NCBI RefSeq assembly: GCF_009914755.1
Contig: NC_060929.1
Direction: 5' to 3' (one strand)
DNA length: 64,000 nucleotides
From: the human T2T-CHM13v2.0 reference genome, Homo sapiens
Under the pieces are notes generated by a model, which searched no databases, was not told the origin of the DNA, and saw only the letters and a program-made list of their open reading frames with translations. The translations under genes were made by a program, and so were the position numbers. This document shows, piece after piece, positions 14,466 through 31,790 of the stretch. Every line of letters begins with the position of its first letter. Positions within the stretch are counted from its first letter, which is position 1.

Positions 14466-14727
14466 TTTTTTTTCTTTTTTATTTTTTTTAATTTTTTTTT
14501 AATTTTTTTTTTTATTTTTTTTATTATACTCTAAGTTTTAGGGTACATGTGCACATTGTGCAGGTTAGTTACATATGTATACATGTGCCATGCTGGTGCG
14601 CTGCACCCACTAACGTGTCATCTAGCATTAGGTATATCTCCCAATGCTATCCCTCCCCCCTCCCCCGACCCCACCACAGTCCCCAGAGTGTGATATTCCC
14701 CTTCCTGTGTCCATGTGATCTCATTGT

Positions 14728-16929
<2,202 letters not shown>

Positions 16930-17946
16930 ATGGGGAAAAAACAGAACAGAAAAACTGGAAACTCTAAAACGCAGAGCGCCTCTCCTCCTCCAAAGGAACG
17001 CAGTTCCTCACCAGCAACAGAACAAAGCTGGATGGAGAATGATTTTGACGAGCTGAGAGAAGAAGGCTTCAGACGATCAAATTACTCTGAGCTACGGGAG
17101 GACATTCAAACCAAAGGCAAAAAAGTTGAAAACTTTGAAAAAAATTTAGAAGAATGTATAACTAGAATAACCAATACAGAGAAGTGCTTAAAGGAGCTGA
17201 TGGAGCTGAAAACCAAGGCTCGAGAACTACGTGAAGAATGCAGAAGCCTCAGGAGCCGATGCGATCAACTGGAAGAAAGGGTATCAGCAATGGAAGATGA
17301 AATGAATGAAATGAAGCGAGAAGGGAAGTTTAGAGAAAAAAGAATAAAAAGAAATGAGCAAAGCCTCCAAGAAATATGGGACTATGTGAAAAGACCAAAT
17401 CTACGTCTGATTGGTGTACCTGAAAGTGATGTGGAGAATGGAACCAAGTTGGAAAACACTCTGCAGGATATTATCCAGGAGAACTTCCCCAATCTAGCAA
17501 GGCAGGCCAACGTTCAGATTCAAGAAATACAGAGAACGCCACAAAGATACTCCTCGAGAAGAGCAACTCCAAGACACATAATTGTCAGATTCACCAAAGT
17601 TGAAATGAAGGAAAAAATGTTAAGGGCAGCCAGAGAGAAAGGTCGGGTTACCCTCAAAGGAAAGCCCATCAGACTAACAGCGGATCTCTCGGCAGAAACC
17701 CTACAAGCCAGAAGAGAGTGGGGGCCAATATTCAACATTCTTAAAGAAAAGAATTTTCAACCCAGAATTTCATATCCAGCCAAACTAAGCTTCATAAGTG
17801 AAGGAGAAATAAAATACTTTATAGACAAGCAAATGCTGAGAGATTTTGTCACCACCAGGCCTGCCCTAAAAGAGCTCCTGAAGGAAGAGCTAAACATGGA
17901 AAGGAACAACCGGTACCAGCCGCTGCAAAATCATGCCAAAATGTAA
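16930..17946 (+). CDS. ORF1: L1 ORF1p, full length 338 aa (RNA-binding chaperone)
   Basis: MGKKQNRKTGNSK...REKG...ARREW...YPAKLS...NHAKM; no stops; 63-bp spacer to ORF2. Confidence 0.97.
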   Translation: MGKKQNRKTGNSKTQSASPPPKERSSSPATEQSWMENDFDELREEGFRRSNYSELREDIQTKGKKVENFEKNLEECITRITNTEKCLKELMELKTKARELREECRSLRSRCDQLEERVSAMEDEMNEMKREGKFREKRIKRNEQSLQEIWDYVKRPNLRLIGVPESDVENGTKLENTLQDIIQENFPNLARQANVQIQEIQRTPQRYSSRRATPRHIIVRFTKVEMKEKMLRAAREKGRVTLKGKPIRLTADLSAETLQARREWGPIFNILKEKNFQPRISYPAKLSFISEGEIKYFIDKQMLRDFVTTRPALKELLKEELNMERNNRYQPLQNHAKM

Positions 17947-17985
17947 AGACCATCGAGACTAGGAAGAAACTGCATCAACTAATGA

Positions 17986-19981
<1,996 letters not shown>

Positions 19982-19983
<2 letters not shown>

Positions 19984-20127
19984 GATACTTGTAGAATGTG
20001 TGATCACAGTGCTCTCCCTGTTACCATAGGACACCTTCCCTATTGCAATAGTGCCTTTACTCCTTTTGCAATAATTATTTTGAATGAAGTCTCTTCTTAC
20101 TAACTCTGGATTTGCTTTTATTTGACA
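19982..20127 (+). mobile_element. ERV1 solo LTR (MER67/MER31-like), 3' part
   Basis: CCCTATTGCAATAG...TGAATGAAGTCTC...TTTATTTGACA terminal CA. Confidence 0.65.
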
Positions 20128-20472
20128 ATAGCATATGGTGAGTTTGTGACCAGAGGCAAACGGCCAAGGCCAATGACTCCAGCTGTGAATGCCAGTAGGA
20201 TGCCCCAAGGCCCAGATGGGGCCCTCTGCACCCCAGGGACAAGACCAGACAAATTGCTCCATGGTATGTAGGCCAGTGGGGATCAGAGGATGATGGTTAG
20301 ATTTGGAGCTCCTTTGCCACAGATAAGGGGTCTCATCATGCCCTCCTTCAGCCAGTTGATATTTTGGAGAACTGGGGCTGCAGTGCTCCCAAGGACTGAC
20401 AACTCAGAAGAAATAAACTGTTTCTTCCAGCTTAAAAGTCTTTTTTGAATGTAATATTGTTACAGAAAAGTA

Positions 20473-20499
20473 TGTGTGTGTGTGTGTGTGTGTGTGTGT
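20473..20499. repeat. (TG)n microsatellite
   Basis: About 13 TG units. Confidence 0.95.
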
Positions 20500-20770
20500 C
20501 TGTTACCAGCAAGGACTTATGAAGCTTATGAGGGTGACTAACTCTGTTAAAAAAAAATAGACAAAAGCCACATTTTCTTAGTGCAGTTGACAGTAGTGTG
20601 TGCAAATTTGCCACCAGCTATACTAGAATTACGAATCAAAGAAAACAAGATGATATTTCACAGCAATAAATGTGAAATCTTGCCTTTGGGTTCAAAAACA
20701 TGTAAGTACAGGATGCGAATATTTGGTTTAGGAACAGCACGGCAATACTCAGGAAGAAAAAATTAGTGGT

Positions 20771-21230
20771 TGTATTAGTCAGGAATTTTTTGGTTGCCAC
20801 TTACAAAAATCCAACTGGGATTAGGCAAAAGGGCAAAAAGGGAATTTATTGACTCTCAGAATCCAAGAACAACCAGACTGAGGGAAGGGCAGGGAAGGCT
20901 GCTAGGTTTCAGGGATAAATGGGCTAGGGACACAAAAGCCCTGGGTTCTCTCCGTTTCTTGACTGGGCTGGCCTCTCTTTGGGTGGCATTCTCTCTTCTG
21001 TGTTTTATTCTCTCTTGCTACAGTCTATCTTTCTGCACAGGGCAGGATTATGGCCCTTAAACGCTTCTGAAGATCATCCCTTCTAACTTTTGCTAGTGGA
21101 CTTGGAAGAGGCTGGCTCTTTCAGATGCAGCCAGACAAGACCTGAGGAAGAATTCTGATGGGAAACCTGGTAAGGGCTCTCTTTGCAGCCGGGGAGACAG
21201 AATCATGTCAAAAAGTGGCAGTTCTCAAGA
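20771..21230 (-). mobile_element. Old MLT1 (K/L-like) LTR
   Basis: TGTATTAGTCAGGA...GGTTGC...AAAAATCCAACT...GGGAATTTATTG terminus. Confidence 0.6.
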
Positions 21231-21727
21231 TAGCCATTTAAACATGCTTACAGGGAGGGAGGAAGAGAGAGGGTTGTTTGAAATTTTCAAGAAGTAAAAG
21301 GAATTTCTGGATAAATAACTCCATAAGCTCCAAGTATGAGTGGGTAGTCATTGTTAATATGAAGGCAGATGCAGGCTGTGTTTTGCAGAGACACTGGTAC
21401 AGTGGAGGATACATCCGTGTACATAAAGATTAGGGTGCATCAGGTAGTACACCTGGGGTTGGGCTTTTGTTTTGGGGGTCATGTTTAGAGGAGATGATAG
21501 ACCAAATGGAGGTTGTTGTGAGGAAAGCAACTAGACTGGTGGGATAATTCAAACCATTCTATATTATTGCTAATGCTGCTATCTTGGGGAAATCCTCAAA
21601 GAACCAGGGACATTTAGACTGGAGAGGAGAAGGTCTGGGGACATAGTAGCTGTCATCAGCAGCTTGTATTCTTTATGAATTTATGAATTAGCATATAGGA
21701 GCCTCAGAGCCACAGAATTTTTTATTA

Positions 21728-21906
21728 GGGAAACCGCTAATAAAACCATCAGATCTCATGAAACTTATTCACTACCATGAGAACAGTATGGGGGAAACCG
21801 CCCCCATGATTAAATTATCTCCCACTGGGTCCCTCCCACAGCTCGTGGGAATTATGGGCTACAACTCAAGATGAGATTTGTGTGGGGACACAGCCAAACC
21901 ATATTA
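21728..21906 (-). mobile_element. THE1 (C/D-like) LTR, 5' half only
   Basis: AAAACCATCAGATCTCATGA...GGGGACACAGCCAAACCATAT. Confidence 0.88.
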
Positions 21907-22587
21907 GGATGGTGCTGTTGGAAGGGCTGGCAGAGCTGGGACCTTCTTAGGAAAACGTGATCAAGGTGGAGAAGAAGGGGAAGAGCCTTCCCTGAGTGAG
22001 GGAGTGCAGTAAAGGGGAAGAGGTGGCCCAGGTACAGCCTCCTGCTCCTGGTTGCAGCCCTGCAGACCTCACTGTGCTCTGGTGGTGTCCCTTCCATTTC
22101 CATGCTTTGATTTCCATTCCTGCCCCAGATATGTGCAGGATTGGAGAGGGCAGCAAGGGACCCCTGGGGGGACTGAGGATGCCTTCAGCCTGGGTTCTCC
22201 CCACCTATGTATGGGGACGGGGCAAAGCCCCAGAATCACTGAGGCAACCTATCCTCTTCCTCAGGAACCCTTTACTTGCTCCTGCCTCAGAGCTTCCTGT
22301 TCTCATTTCCAGCCCTTCCCTCATCCAACCTGACTTTCTTTCTTTACTGTATATGAGGTGATATTTGTGATGTGAGGTGCAATGTGATCTCCTCCACTTC
22401 ATAGAGGTATAAATGATGGGCCAGGTGTAATCTGTTACTCATTCAGGGTTCACTTACATTTTAATAAAAGATAACTTTTTTTAACCACAGCAAAGACATC
22501 CTCAATGGTAAATTTTAGCCATCTTCAATAAAAAAGGGAGGACTTAGAGAATTTGTGAGAAGGATTCACTTCTGTATCCCCCACCCT

Positions 22588-22852
22588 CAAGAGTGTTTTT
22601 CACATGGTGAGTTGTGTCTTAAGAAATCAATTTTGTGTTTCACAACTAGCATTTTTTAAATAACAAAATACAATTGAATGGAATGAAATAGAACAGACAA
22701 AAATATTGAGTTTACAACATATAGCAAGAGTAAGTTATGTTTCATAAAACGTATTTCAGGTAAACATGTGTGTGTGCAACATCATACATGTCATGTTGTA
22801 AAATATATTTTTACTGTCAGTTGTAGCCCAAACAAAAGTTTGAAAAATATTG
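22588..22852. mobile_element. MER112-like hAT-Charlie element
   Basis: GAAATCAATTTTGTG...AGCATTTTTTAAA...TGTAAAATATATTTTTACTGT...AAGTTTGAAAAATATTG. Confidence 0.55.
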
Positions 22853-25800
22853 TCTTAAGTTTACCCTCTGGAAAAGTACAATTTGACTTTGATCTGAATG
22901 AGTTGGTCTTATTAAAGAATCAAGATGGTGTTGGCTAGACTAGCTTTTGCCTTGTGGTGGGTTCTAAGAATATTTTTATTTTTTCTATGTCCCATATCAG
23001 ATGAGTGGGAGTCTCTCAGTTTTTCAAGTCCTCTCAGGAAGCAAAACAAAATGAAGTAATAACAATTGCTTCCTACTTACCTAAGCAAATGCTTTTTGCT
23101 TGTGATTTCCCCAGGACTGTTACAGGAGATGAAGACTTGATCAGTGTTTCTAAGTACCTTTGAGGATTAGAGTAATCAGTAATGCATATCTGTCATCCAT
23201 AAAAGCAAATGTGTACTTCCTACTGGACTTTTCCATTTGCTGAAGTCAGGAGAACCAACATGGCTTGTTTGAATTAAATAAGGTCACTGTTCGAAGAATC
23301 AATCTTGAGGAAGAGAAGTAAGAGCCAGTAGTAGTATTGCAAAGCATAACCCTGTTCCCAAAGACACGCTGAGCCCTGGAGACTAGGGCATGAGGCAAAG
23401 GAGCTGAAGAACGCTCAAAACTGTTCTCAATGATTATTCCATTTTGGGGCAAATGTACATGAAAATGGTAGTACCAGAGAAACAGCTATATGCCAGAAAG
23501 CCTGAGCTCTGAAGAGAGGCATGGAGAACTCAATTTCACCAAGTCCAGAGGATGACTAAAAATGCCAAGATAGGCTCAAGGTGAAATAGATCCCACTGGA
23601 AGTTCAGAAGGACAGTTTTGAGGGTTTCTACCCCAGGGAAACCACTTAGAATTGTAAACTGGATGTTTACATGATGAAATTGGCCTTGAGCCTGTGCCAC
23701 CCAGATGCCAAAACAAAACAAAATGAAACAAAAACACCCCAAAACTCAAAACAATTCTTTGGCCAAACTGATAATGAGTAATGATTAACAAAATGTTCTT
23801 TTCCTTGGCGAGATGCCTGGAAGAAAGACTCTGTATCTCCTAGGTGGCTTAAAGAAGCCTGTGTGTTCTCATATCCTGGGGAGGTGAAGGCAGAGCTAAC
23901 GCCTCTCCTACTGGTGAAGTTCCCTGGCTTAGGTGGTTGTTATGGCTCAGGCTGCCTCCTAATCACATTCTGATTATTTTAAAAGTGAAACTTCAGGAAG
24001 CAGTGGGCCAGTGAGCAATTCCTCCCATTTCTCAGAGCCCTCAGACTCTGCCAGTCAGCGGCTACCTTCGTGATATAATATTCCCAGAGCTTCAGAACAT
24101 ATCCTTGATGATACACCCCCGAATTCCACATTATTTATCCCCAACTAGAATACAGCACACTGGAAGAAGCCACTTCTAAGCCTTATCCATTCTCTAAATT
24201 TTAGTATGGAGGAGTCAAGGGGGAAGGCTGGGAATACCAAATGTTATCAACATTTCTCTCGCACTTGGCCCCAGGCAATTCAAGCTGACTTGTTCATAGT
24301 TTAACACATAAATAAGGCTCTATAAAGAAGCAGTGAAATTAAAAGTGGCAAGCAGGGTCCCAGTGGCTGCTATTTTAGGAAGATTCCGACCACCCTGATT
24401 ATCGGGAGGAGGAAGGGTGACGCCGTTGGCGTTGACGACATTGACAGAGAAATGGCAAGCATAACCTTTTAAACAGAGACCTTTGCTTAGAAATGAATGG
24501 CCTGTCTCAGATTCTCACAGAGTTACAGGAATTACACCAAATAGGATCCAAGTTTCACTGGAAACGGTTTATGGATCAGAGAAGTATATTTGGGTAGACA
24601 GTTGAAGAAAATTCAGTAAAAGCTATAAAATGTAAACGAAGCTTAAGAGGCTGGAGCCTTCCATGAATGCCTGTAAGGAGTCTTTCCTAAGTAGAATTCT
24701 TTTGGAAAGGTAATTTTGGATTTCATTTTTCACCGTTTGCAGCCCACTGTGTGCATCTCTCGTGTGCGGGGGTTGAGCGTGCATATTCTAACATCTCTCT
24801 TGAAGTTCCATGCTGCTTAGCGGAATGCATGAGTTTCTCAGAAAAAATGTCTGAAGGAAGAAAGGAAAATCTAAAGAGAAAGAAAAGGAAAGGATACAAG
24901 GGGGAAAATGGAAGAAAGTAAAAGAAAGAAAAAGAATCAATTCCAAAGAAATTGCCTAGACAACAGAATGCAGACAGAAATAGAGACAGGCTTCATTTAT
25001 TCTGCTTCATAGCCTGGCTGCAGCCAGGATGCATGTCTGCTTTCTTGTTCTGGAAGCAGGGTAGACCTCGTCTGTCTGGGCCCCGGGGTTATGACCAGGA
25101 GTGAGATTCTAGAATGAGCAGTGCACAGAGGGGACTGGCCAGGTGTAGTGATCTTAGAGAGCTAAAAGAAGGAACAAATGAAGAGCGAAAGAGGGAGCCC
25201 AGAAAGCATTCTGTGGGAAAGAATCAGGTAAGTGAGTTTATTTCCTATACACACAGCACTGTGCTTTGCAGGTTGTGCAAACTAATAGTAGATAATGAGG
25301 TTGGCCTTGGTCCAGGGTAGGCCCTCAATACATACTTGCTGGATGAGTTCAGTTCTGATAAAGGAGTCTAAGGGTGGCAGAGAAGTAGGTGCTAAAAGAC
25401 TTAAGGGAATAAATGATTTTCAAGCATATTGGAACCATTTAGGTTTCAAGTTGATTTGCCAATTATAAATCATTTTATTTGTTTAGTGAAGTGGATTCCT
25501 AAGGATCTTGTTCATAACATGTTTTTTGTTCTTCTGTGATCACCGTATGGACCACTTACTAATTCTAAACTCTTAAATGTTTTCTTCTTGTGACTTGTGA
25601 CTTGGAGGCCAAGCCAGAGGCGTAACTCCCTGCTGGCAATTGGTTGCTTCTGTAAGGGACCACCCTTTCCCCCTCCTGTTTCCTCACTCCCCACTGCCAC
25701 CACCCTTGTCACTCAGGAAGGACTGGGACTACCATGGAAAATGTGAATAACTGCTACTGCTTGCTTATTTCACTGAAGACATAGACTTCTATCACTGCCA

Positions 25801-27261
25801 TCACCCAAAATGTGCTTGTAGAAGTCCCTTTCTGGAGTCCCTATCTCACTGTCAGAAGGTCTGCTGACCACAGAAGGAACAGAAGGAAATGAAGGGGAGA
25901 CCCAGCAACCACATCCTCTAGTTCTGAGTTGGAACTTGGACTGTTTTTATTTCAAAAACATAGTTGCAATTGGTGATGAGATTTCATGGTACTATTGAGT
26001 AGTACTCTACTTCAGGCACAAAATGAGTTAAGGAGGCATCTGGGGGTTGGCTTGGAATCTAACCACAATGTTTCTATGGCAAATTGGCTGCTAATTTGCC
26101 AATAATCAACTTAGAAAAGACTATCAGAGTCAAGACATATTCACTTAGAACTAACGAAATTGAATGTGGTCTAAAATTTCATATTTCAGATTCTGCAAAA
26201 AACTCAGACGGCTCTAACTTGTCTGAATTAGGACCTTCAAATAAAGTCTATTGAATACATCCTATTCAAGCAGCCTTTCCCTCATCACAGGCAGTTTTGC
26301 CCATAGGGAATGAGGCAATAAAGTTTAATATTCTGGTGGTACCAACACCTTCATGGTGTTTGTAGAAGGAGCAACCTTGCGCCAAGTGAACAAGAAAAGA
26401 GGAAGTTCTCGAACCACTTCCAAAGGTTTGAGGCTGAAGAGCAGATGTCTATGGGCTGCCCAAAAGTCTGCCACATGACCCAATAGTTCTACCACTGCCG
26501 AAACCCCAAGTCTACAACTCAGGGTGGTCTGGAAGTGAAGGATTGTTTTCTTGAGAGTGGTTTCAAGAATGTAGCTCCTCACCTAATAAAAGGAATGTGC
26601 AATGATTAACTGGGTCTAATATTAGTATCTGCAAAATAAAGAGCAATTGGGCCTGGTATGAAAGAGAACAAACCTTGCACGCACCCATTGCCAGGTAAAA
26701 TCTGTTCTTTTTCAGTCATAAATCTTTCTTGGATGCCAGAGAAGAATTTCACTTCCGTCAGAAACACCGAGTGAACCAAAGAGAAAGAACATGTTGTTTT
26801 GGAGATGAAAGCATATTGAGTTGAGAGCTTTTTCGTTTTTTCTGTCTGTTTCTCTGGCTTCTTTCGAATGATGTCCTTGACTTGGCCATGCCTTACATTG
26901 TTTTGCACAAGATAGAGCAGTACTGAGGAAAGGTTGAGATGGGCCATTTGCTTCAAACTTTAGCTTTAGCTAGAGAACTTGCATCTGATGTTGAATCTCA
27001 CTGTTCTCCAGTGTTGACCATTGGTTAAACATCTTTGGACACCAAACTCTTGACAATTGTGAAGAATAATTAGATTTTAGGGGATGAAGAATAATAGATT
27101 TTAGGGTATTCCTCAAGAACACCACTAATCAAGATGCAGAAGTTCAATAGATTTGTTAATCAAATAAGGTTTTCACTCTTGCTGAACCAGAGTTTCAAAT
27201 TGGTAGAAGCCACTTTACTTATATAATCTAGTTTGTCTTCATGAAACCATTTGATATAGGG

Positions 27262-27420
27262 CAGTGGTTCTCAAAGTGTGGTCCTCACAACATCAGCATC
27301 ACCTAAGAACTTACCAGAAATGTATGTCCTTGGGTCTTACCCTGACGTACTGGGCCAGCAATCTGTGTTTTAGTAAGCCCCCAAAATGATTCCAATGCTC
27401 ACTAAAGTTTGGAAACCACA
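27262..27420. mobile_element. MER5A
   Basis: CAGTGGTTCTCAAAGTGTGG...AGCAATCTGTGTTTT...AAGTTTGGAAACCAC. Confidence 0.8.
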
Positions 27421-27584
27421 GGTGTAGGCAGTATTATCACCATATAATTTATTATATGCCATCATGTCATTGATCTTTCCATCATGTCATGGATCTTTCA
27501 AGTCTCTTACAGCTAAAGCTTTCAATGGTAAATTCCAGATTTCCAAGGGTCTTCAGTACCACGCATGCAGTAGGCAATCGGTAA

Positions 27585-27899
<315 letters not shown>

Positions 27900-28029
27900 G
27901 GTAAATATTTCTCATAAAAGCTGTTTCTCTGATGTAGTAGACATCTCCTTCCCTCTGTCCTTCCCTCCCCACTTCCCTCCCTCCATTCCTCTATTTCTCT
28001 CTTCTTTCCTCCCTTCCTTTACCTGCCTT

Positions 28030-28490
28030 ATGTCACTTTAGGGAATATCCTCTTCCCTGTTCCACGTGTTTTAGATGGGGCTGACAATCAAGTGAATCTT
28101 ATCTCACCTGCCACTTGGTAGCCACTTAATGCAGGCTGACCAATCAAATTGTCCCACTCCCTGGATACAGTGATTGGTCCAAAAATTCTAGCAGGGTTGC
28201 TGAAAATATTTGGAGTTGGAGAAGAGTGAGATGAACTCTATGAAGAAGAGACTCTCCCTATTCCCGACTTTGTGAGCATCAAGAAACCAGGTGAACTTGG
28301 AGCTTCAGAAGGCACACTGACTTCCACGTGGAGACAGTCTGCCTGGGAATGAAGCCAACATGGAGAAAAGCAAAGTCAAGTGTAGGAGGGAGAGAGGAGC
28401 AGGGAGCTGATGTCATCTTTCCAACCCATGGAGTCACCATGCCTTGAAGCCAGAGTCAGCTCTGTGCTTGGACTTCGTATTCAATTCAAC
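28030..28490 (+). mobile_element. Old MLT1 (K/L-like) LTR
   Basis: GACCAATCA...AGTGATTGGTCC...GAATGAAGCCAACA...TGAAGCCAG. Confidence 0.6.
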
Positions 28491-29784
28491 GTTCCCTATG
28501 AATACCTTAACCTCGGATCTTTGGGGACATCCACATTAATTACTTTATTTTTCCTGATTGCAAAAGTAAGAAATACACATATAAAGTTGAACTTAGTAGA
28601 ATTACATCATGTAGAAAATCAAAGTCCCTTGTGATCTCTCTCACTTCCTTGAAAATGACTGCATAAACTTGTATATATATTTCTTCAGTTTTTTTCTACC
28701 AATATGCTAAGAAATGGGATGTTAATTGAGATTTTTCTTGATGTCTCAGTTTTTTAGAGGCCCATAAAGCCAAGAACAAAATAAGAGATGCCAATATCTA
28801 CTTTACAGAGTGGAGTTAACAGACCATTTATGCAGAATTTGCAAAATTACTGATCTAGAACTGGGATTGGCCTTATTAGCTCACACAAGAGGCTCTATTA
28901 GAAAAGCCTATGAATTCACAAGGAGGTTAACAAGGTCAGTAGAAGCACATCTCTGGAGAACATTTTCAGCATGGTGGGAATAATCCCCATCCTGGGGGTA
29001 TGGGGACAAGGAGTACTTATCTCTTACCTTAAGCCAAGTAGGGGAGAAGGCTTCACAAAAAATCACTCAGAGGCCCTCATATGCATCTACTGGAATTTGG
29101 GAAGTGCAGTGCTTGGTATCTCATTGATTCCTAAAGTCAGCTGCTGTCACCCGCAGAGCAGCAGAAGGAAGAGATGAGACTGAACTCATAATTTGATTTG
29201 ATTTGACATGATTTCCCTTTTGACTGACTGTCTACCAACTGTTTCCAACTTGGAACCATTGCAAACTATGAAATCATCTGCCCATAGTGCATCTATCTGG
29301 TTTGGTTGACATATGGGAAACCTTCCTCTATCACATCCCATCATGCATTTCTCCTCTAAACCCATGAACTCTGTCTTACACTATCCTGAGTCATCGTTCC
29401 CCTCCTGTGCCACCTCCTTACAACAAACTCGGGCACAGCACAGACGAGGATGTGATTATTGTGTGAAGTGAATCTGTAAGATGAGCTATGTGTCCAATGA
29501 CTTCAGTGACAAGTCCACAGACAACGGAAGCAATTTCACAGCAATTTTTAGGTCTATGTTGCAGTTAACATCAGAGCTTTCTGGAACTACAGCTCTTTTT
29601 CTGGACACTATAACTATTTTTTCACAAAATAGTTTCTTCTCTTTGTGCCCAAATGAATTCCACTGTGTAAAATTCTTGAGTTCTGCCTATGACATCTTCC
29701 CCCACAGAGTCTCCTCTTTCCTGAGCATTGATTTAGCCCCCAGGTTCTACTCTCTTACAAATATTGTAAGAACATTACTTATAA

Positions 29785-29960
29785 CAACCATTTATTAACT
29801 TTAATTGGGTGTATTTTTACCACATTATCTCATTTACTACTCATGACATCCCCGTGAGATATTATTGTCTCTATTTTGAAGATGAGGAAATGGAGGCTCA
29901 GAGGAGTAGAATGATCTGCTCAGCAAGTTGGAAGTGGAGCCAGGATAAAAATTCAGATTT
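29785..29960 (-). mobile_element. MIR
   Basis: ATTTTGAAGATGAGGAAATGGAGGCTCAGAG core. Confidence 0.7.
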
Positions 29961-31324
29961 TCCTGATTTGCAAAGTCTACATCCTTTTCCTTACAACCTC
30001 GCCTCCTCAGCTCCCTGCTCTCGGTAGTCACAGAATTACATTCAGTTCCATTAGCTTTAACAATTCCTCTGTTCTGTACTCCACTGCTTCTCTTCAAACT
30101 CCTTGGAGTTTATTCAAACTCTTTCAGAAGTTTCTAGCAGTAGAGTTATATTTCAAGTACTTTGACCCCCTGACCCTGGTCAGACGGAGTGCTGCCAGTC
30201 TACAAAGGAATTTTGAGGAACAAATTTCTTTAGCTGATCAATTCAACTTAAATATGAGACTTCTGTTCAATTGACTTTTCCACAGAAGTGTTTTCTTTTT
30301 TTCTTTTTTTTGTAAAGAAAAAAAATTCCCTCTAAACAGAAAAGAGTCTGAAGTTCCCATATGTGGGACTGGGGAGCTTTCTAAACACAAGACTTTCTTT
30401 TTCCACAGCACTTCAGAAAATGTCAAAAAAATGTTGGTAAATTACTCTTAAAAATCATTGTTTCATTATCACTCTGTATGTCTATAATGTATTTATTTTT
30501 TCTCTGCCCATATTATTCTTAGCTACTACCAATTTTAATATAGTATTTGTTCTATCTAATTGTTTTGGTAGCGTTTCAGTTAAAAAACAATGATCTTTAA
30601 TGATATTACTTGCTTTTGGTGTATCCATATCATTTTTTAAAAGTTGACATCACATAATCATGGAAATAAAGAATAAATGTAACATGCATAAAGAGCTATT
30701 TTTACTTGTATGTGATTGTCAGAACAGATGCAAGGTGATTTTTTTTTTACATGTGATTTCAAAATTTAAATCTTTCTTAAAAAATGCCCCTTCAAATATA
30801 TTAGTTTTTAATCTTAATCTGTTTAAATATTAGACTTCCTGGTTTATATATTCACTGAAAGTGGCTTGGATTAACAACATTTATTCTTGGTTTTTGGAAA
30901 TAAAGACATAATTTCTTAATTTTGTATATCCAAAAACATGAGATGGGAAACAGCATTTATAGTAAATGTTTACGTGCATAACCTTGCTTGACCTTCAAAA
31001 CAACCCATTGAAATATTATCATTATTTACAGGTTGAGAAGCTGAAGGTCAGAAGGCTCTCATTCTGCAAATATTGATTAATATTTACAGGGCCTATGGGA
31101 AGAGGTGTTCAATGGGGCTGTTTGGTCCAACCTGCAGGCTTAAGAGGGATGTTCATTTTGGCTGCTATTCAGTGGAGATTTTGTTCACGGAAACAGGGTC
31201 TGTCCTTGTTTCTGATGCCAGCTTCAACCTAGAATTACTCTTCTATCTTTCTCAAAAAGCCACATTGCTGTCATTTCAGAAACTGCGACAGTAACTCAGA
31301 GTTACTGTGAGATGGCAAGCTGCA

Positions 31325-31501
31325 AGGGTTGCCAGATAAAATATAGGACACACAGTTAAATTTGAAACAATGAATCATTTTACAAGTATGTTCCATTCCA
31401 TATTGGGACATACTTATATTTTAAAAAATTACTTGCTTTTTATCTGAAATTCAATTTTAACCAGGTAGCCTGTATTTTTATTTGCTAAATCTGGCAACCC
31501 T
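31325..31501. mobile_element. MER53 hAT MITE
   Basis: Terminal inverted repeats AGGGTTGCCAGA / TCTGGCAACCCT. Confidence 0.85.
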
Positions 31502-31609
31502 ACAAGTCGGCTTCCCAGGCAAGAAGCAGTTGGTGGCCTTGCCCAAGCTTTAAGGATAGTGAATCCACTAATAACACCATCGGAGGCAGAAAACTGGAGA
31601 GGCTAAAGC

Positions 31610-31790
31610 TGGACTTAGTTGCTTGGAGTTCATATCCTGGTTCTGCTACTCACTAGATTCCTGCATCTTTCGGAGCTTCAGTTCCCCTCTCTGTAAAATG
31701 GAGGCCCACAACAGTCCCTGTTTCCTTAGGATTGTTGTGAGAATTAATGCAATAATCCAGAATGCCTATCACATAGTAAATGCTCAAAAA
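31610..31790 (+). mobile_element. MIR
   Basis: CTTCAGTTCCCCTCTCTGTAAAATGG...GATTGTTGTGAGAATTAA. Confidence 0.75.

Noticed and set aside
25225-25233. Consensus splice donor CAG|GTAAGT
   Set aside because: No matching strong acceptor or coding frame; expected by chance in 64 kb.
26325-26956. Two adjacent minus-strand ORFs (85 and 116 aa)
   Set aside because: Non-ATG starts, no recognisable domain, no convincing splice sites.
27459-27499. 20-bp tandem duplication CCATCATGTCAT(T/G)GATCTTT
   Set aside because: Ordinary slippage duplication with no further structure.
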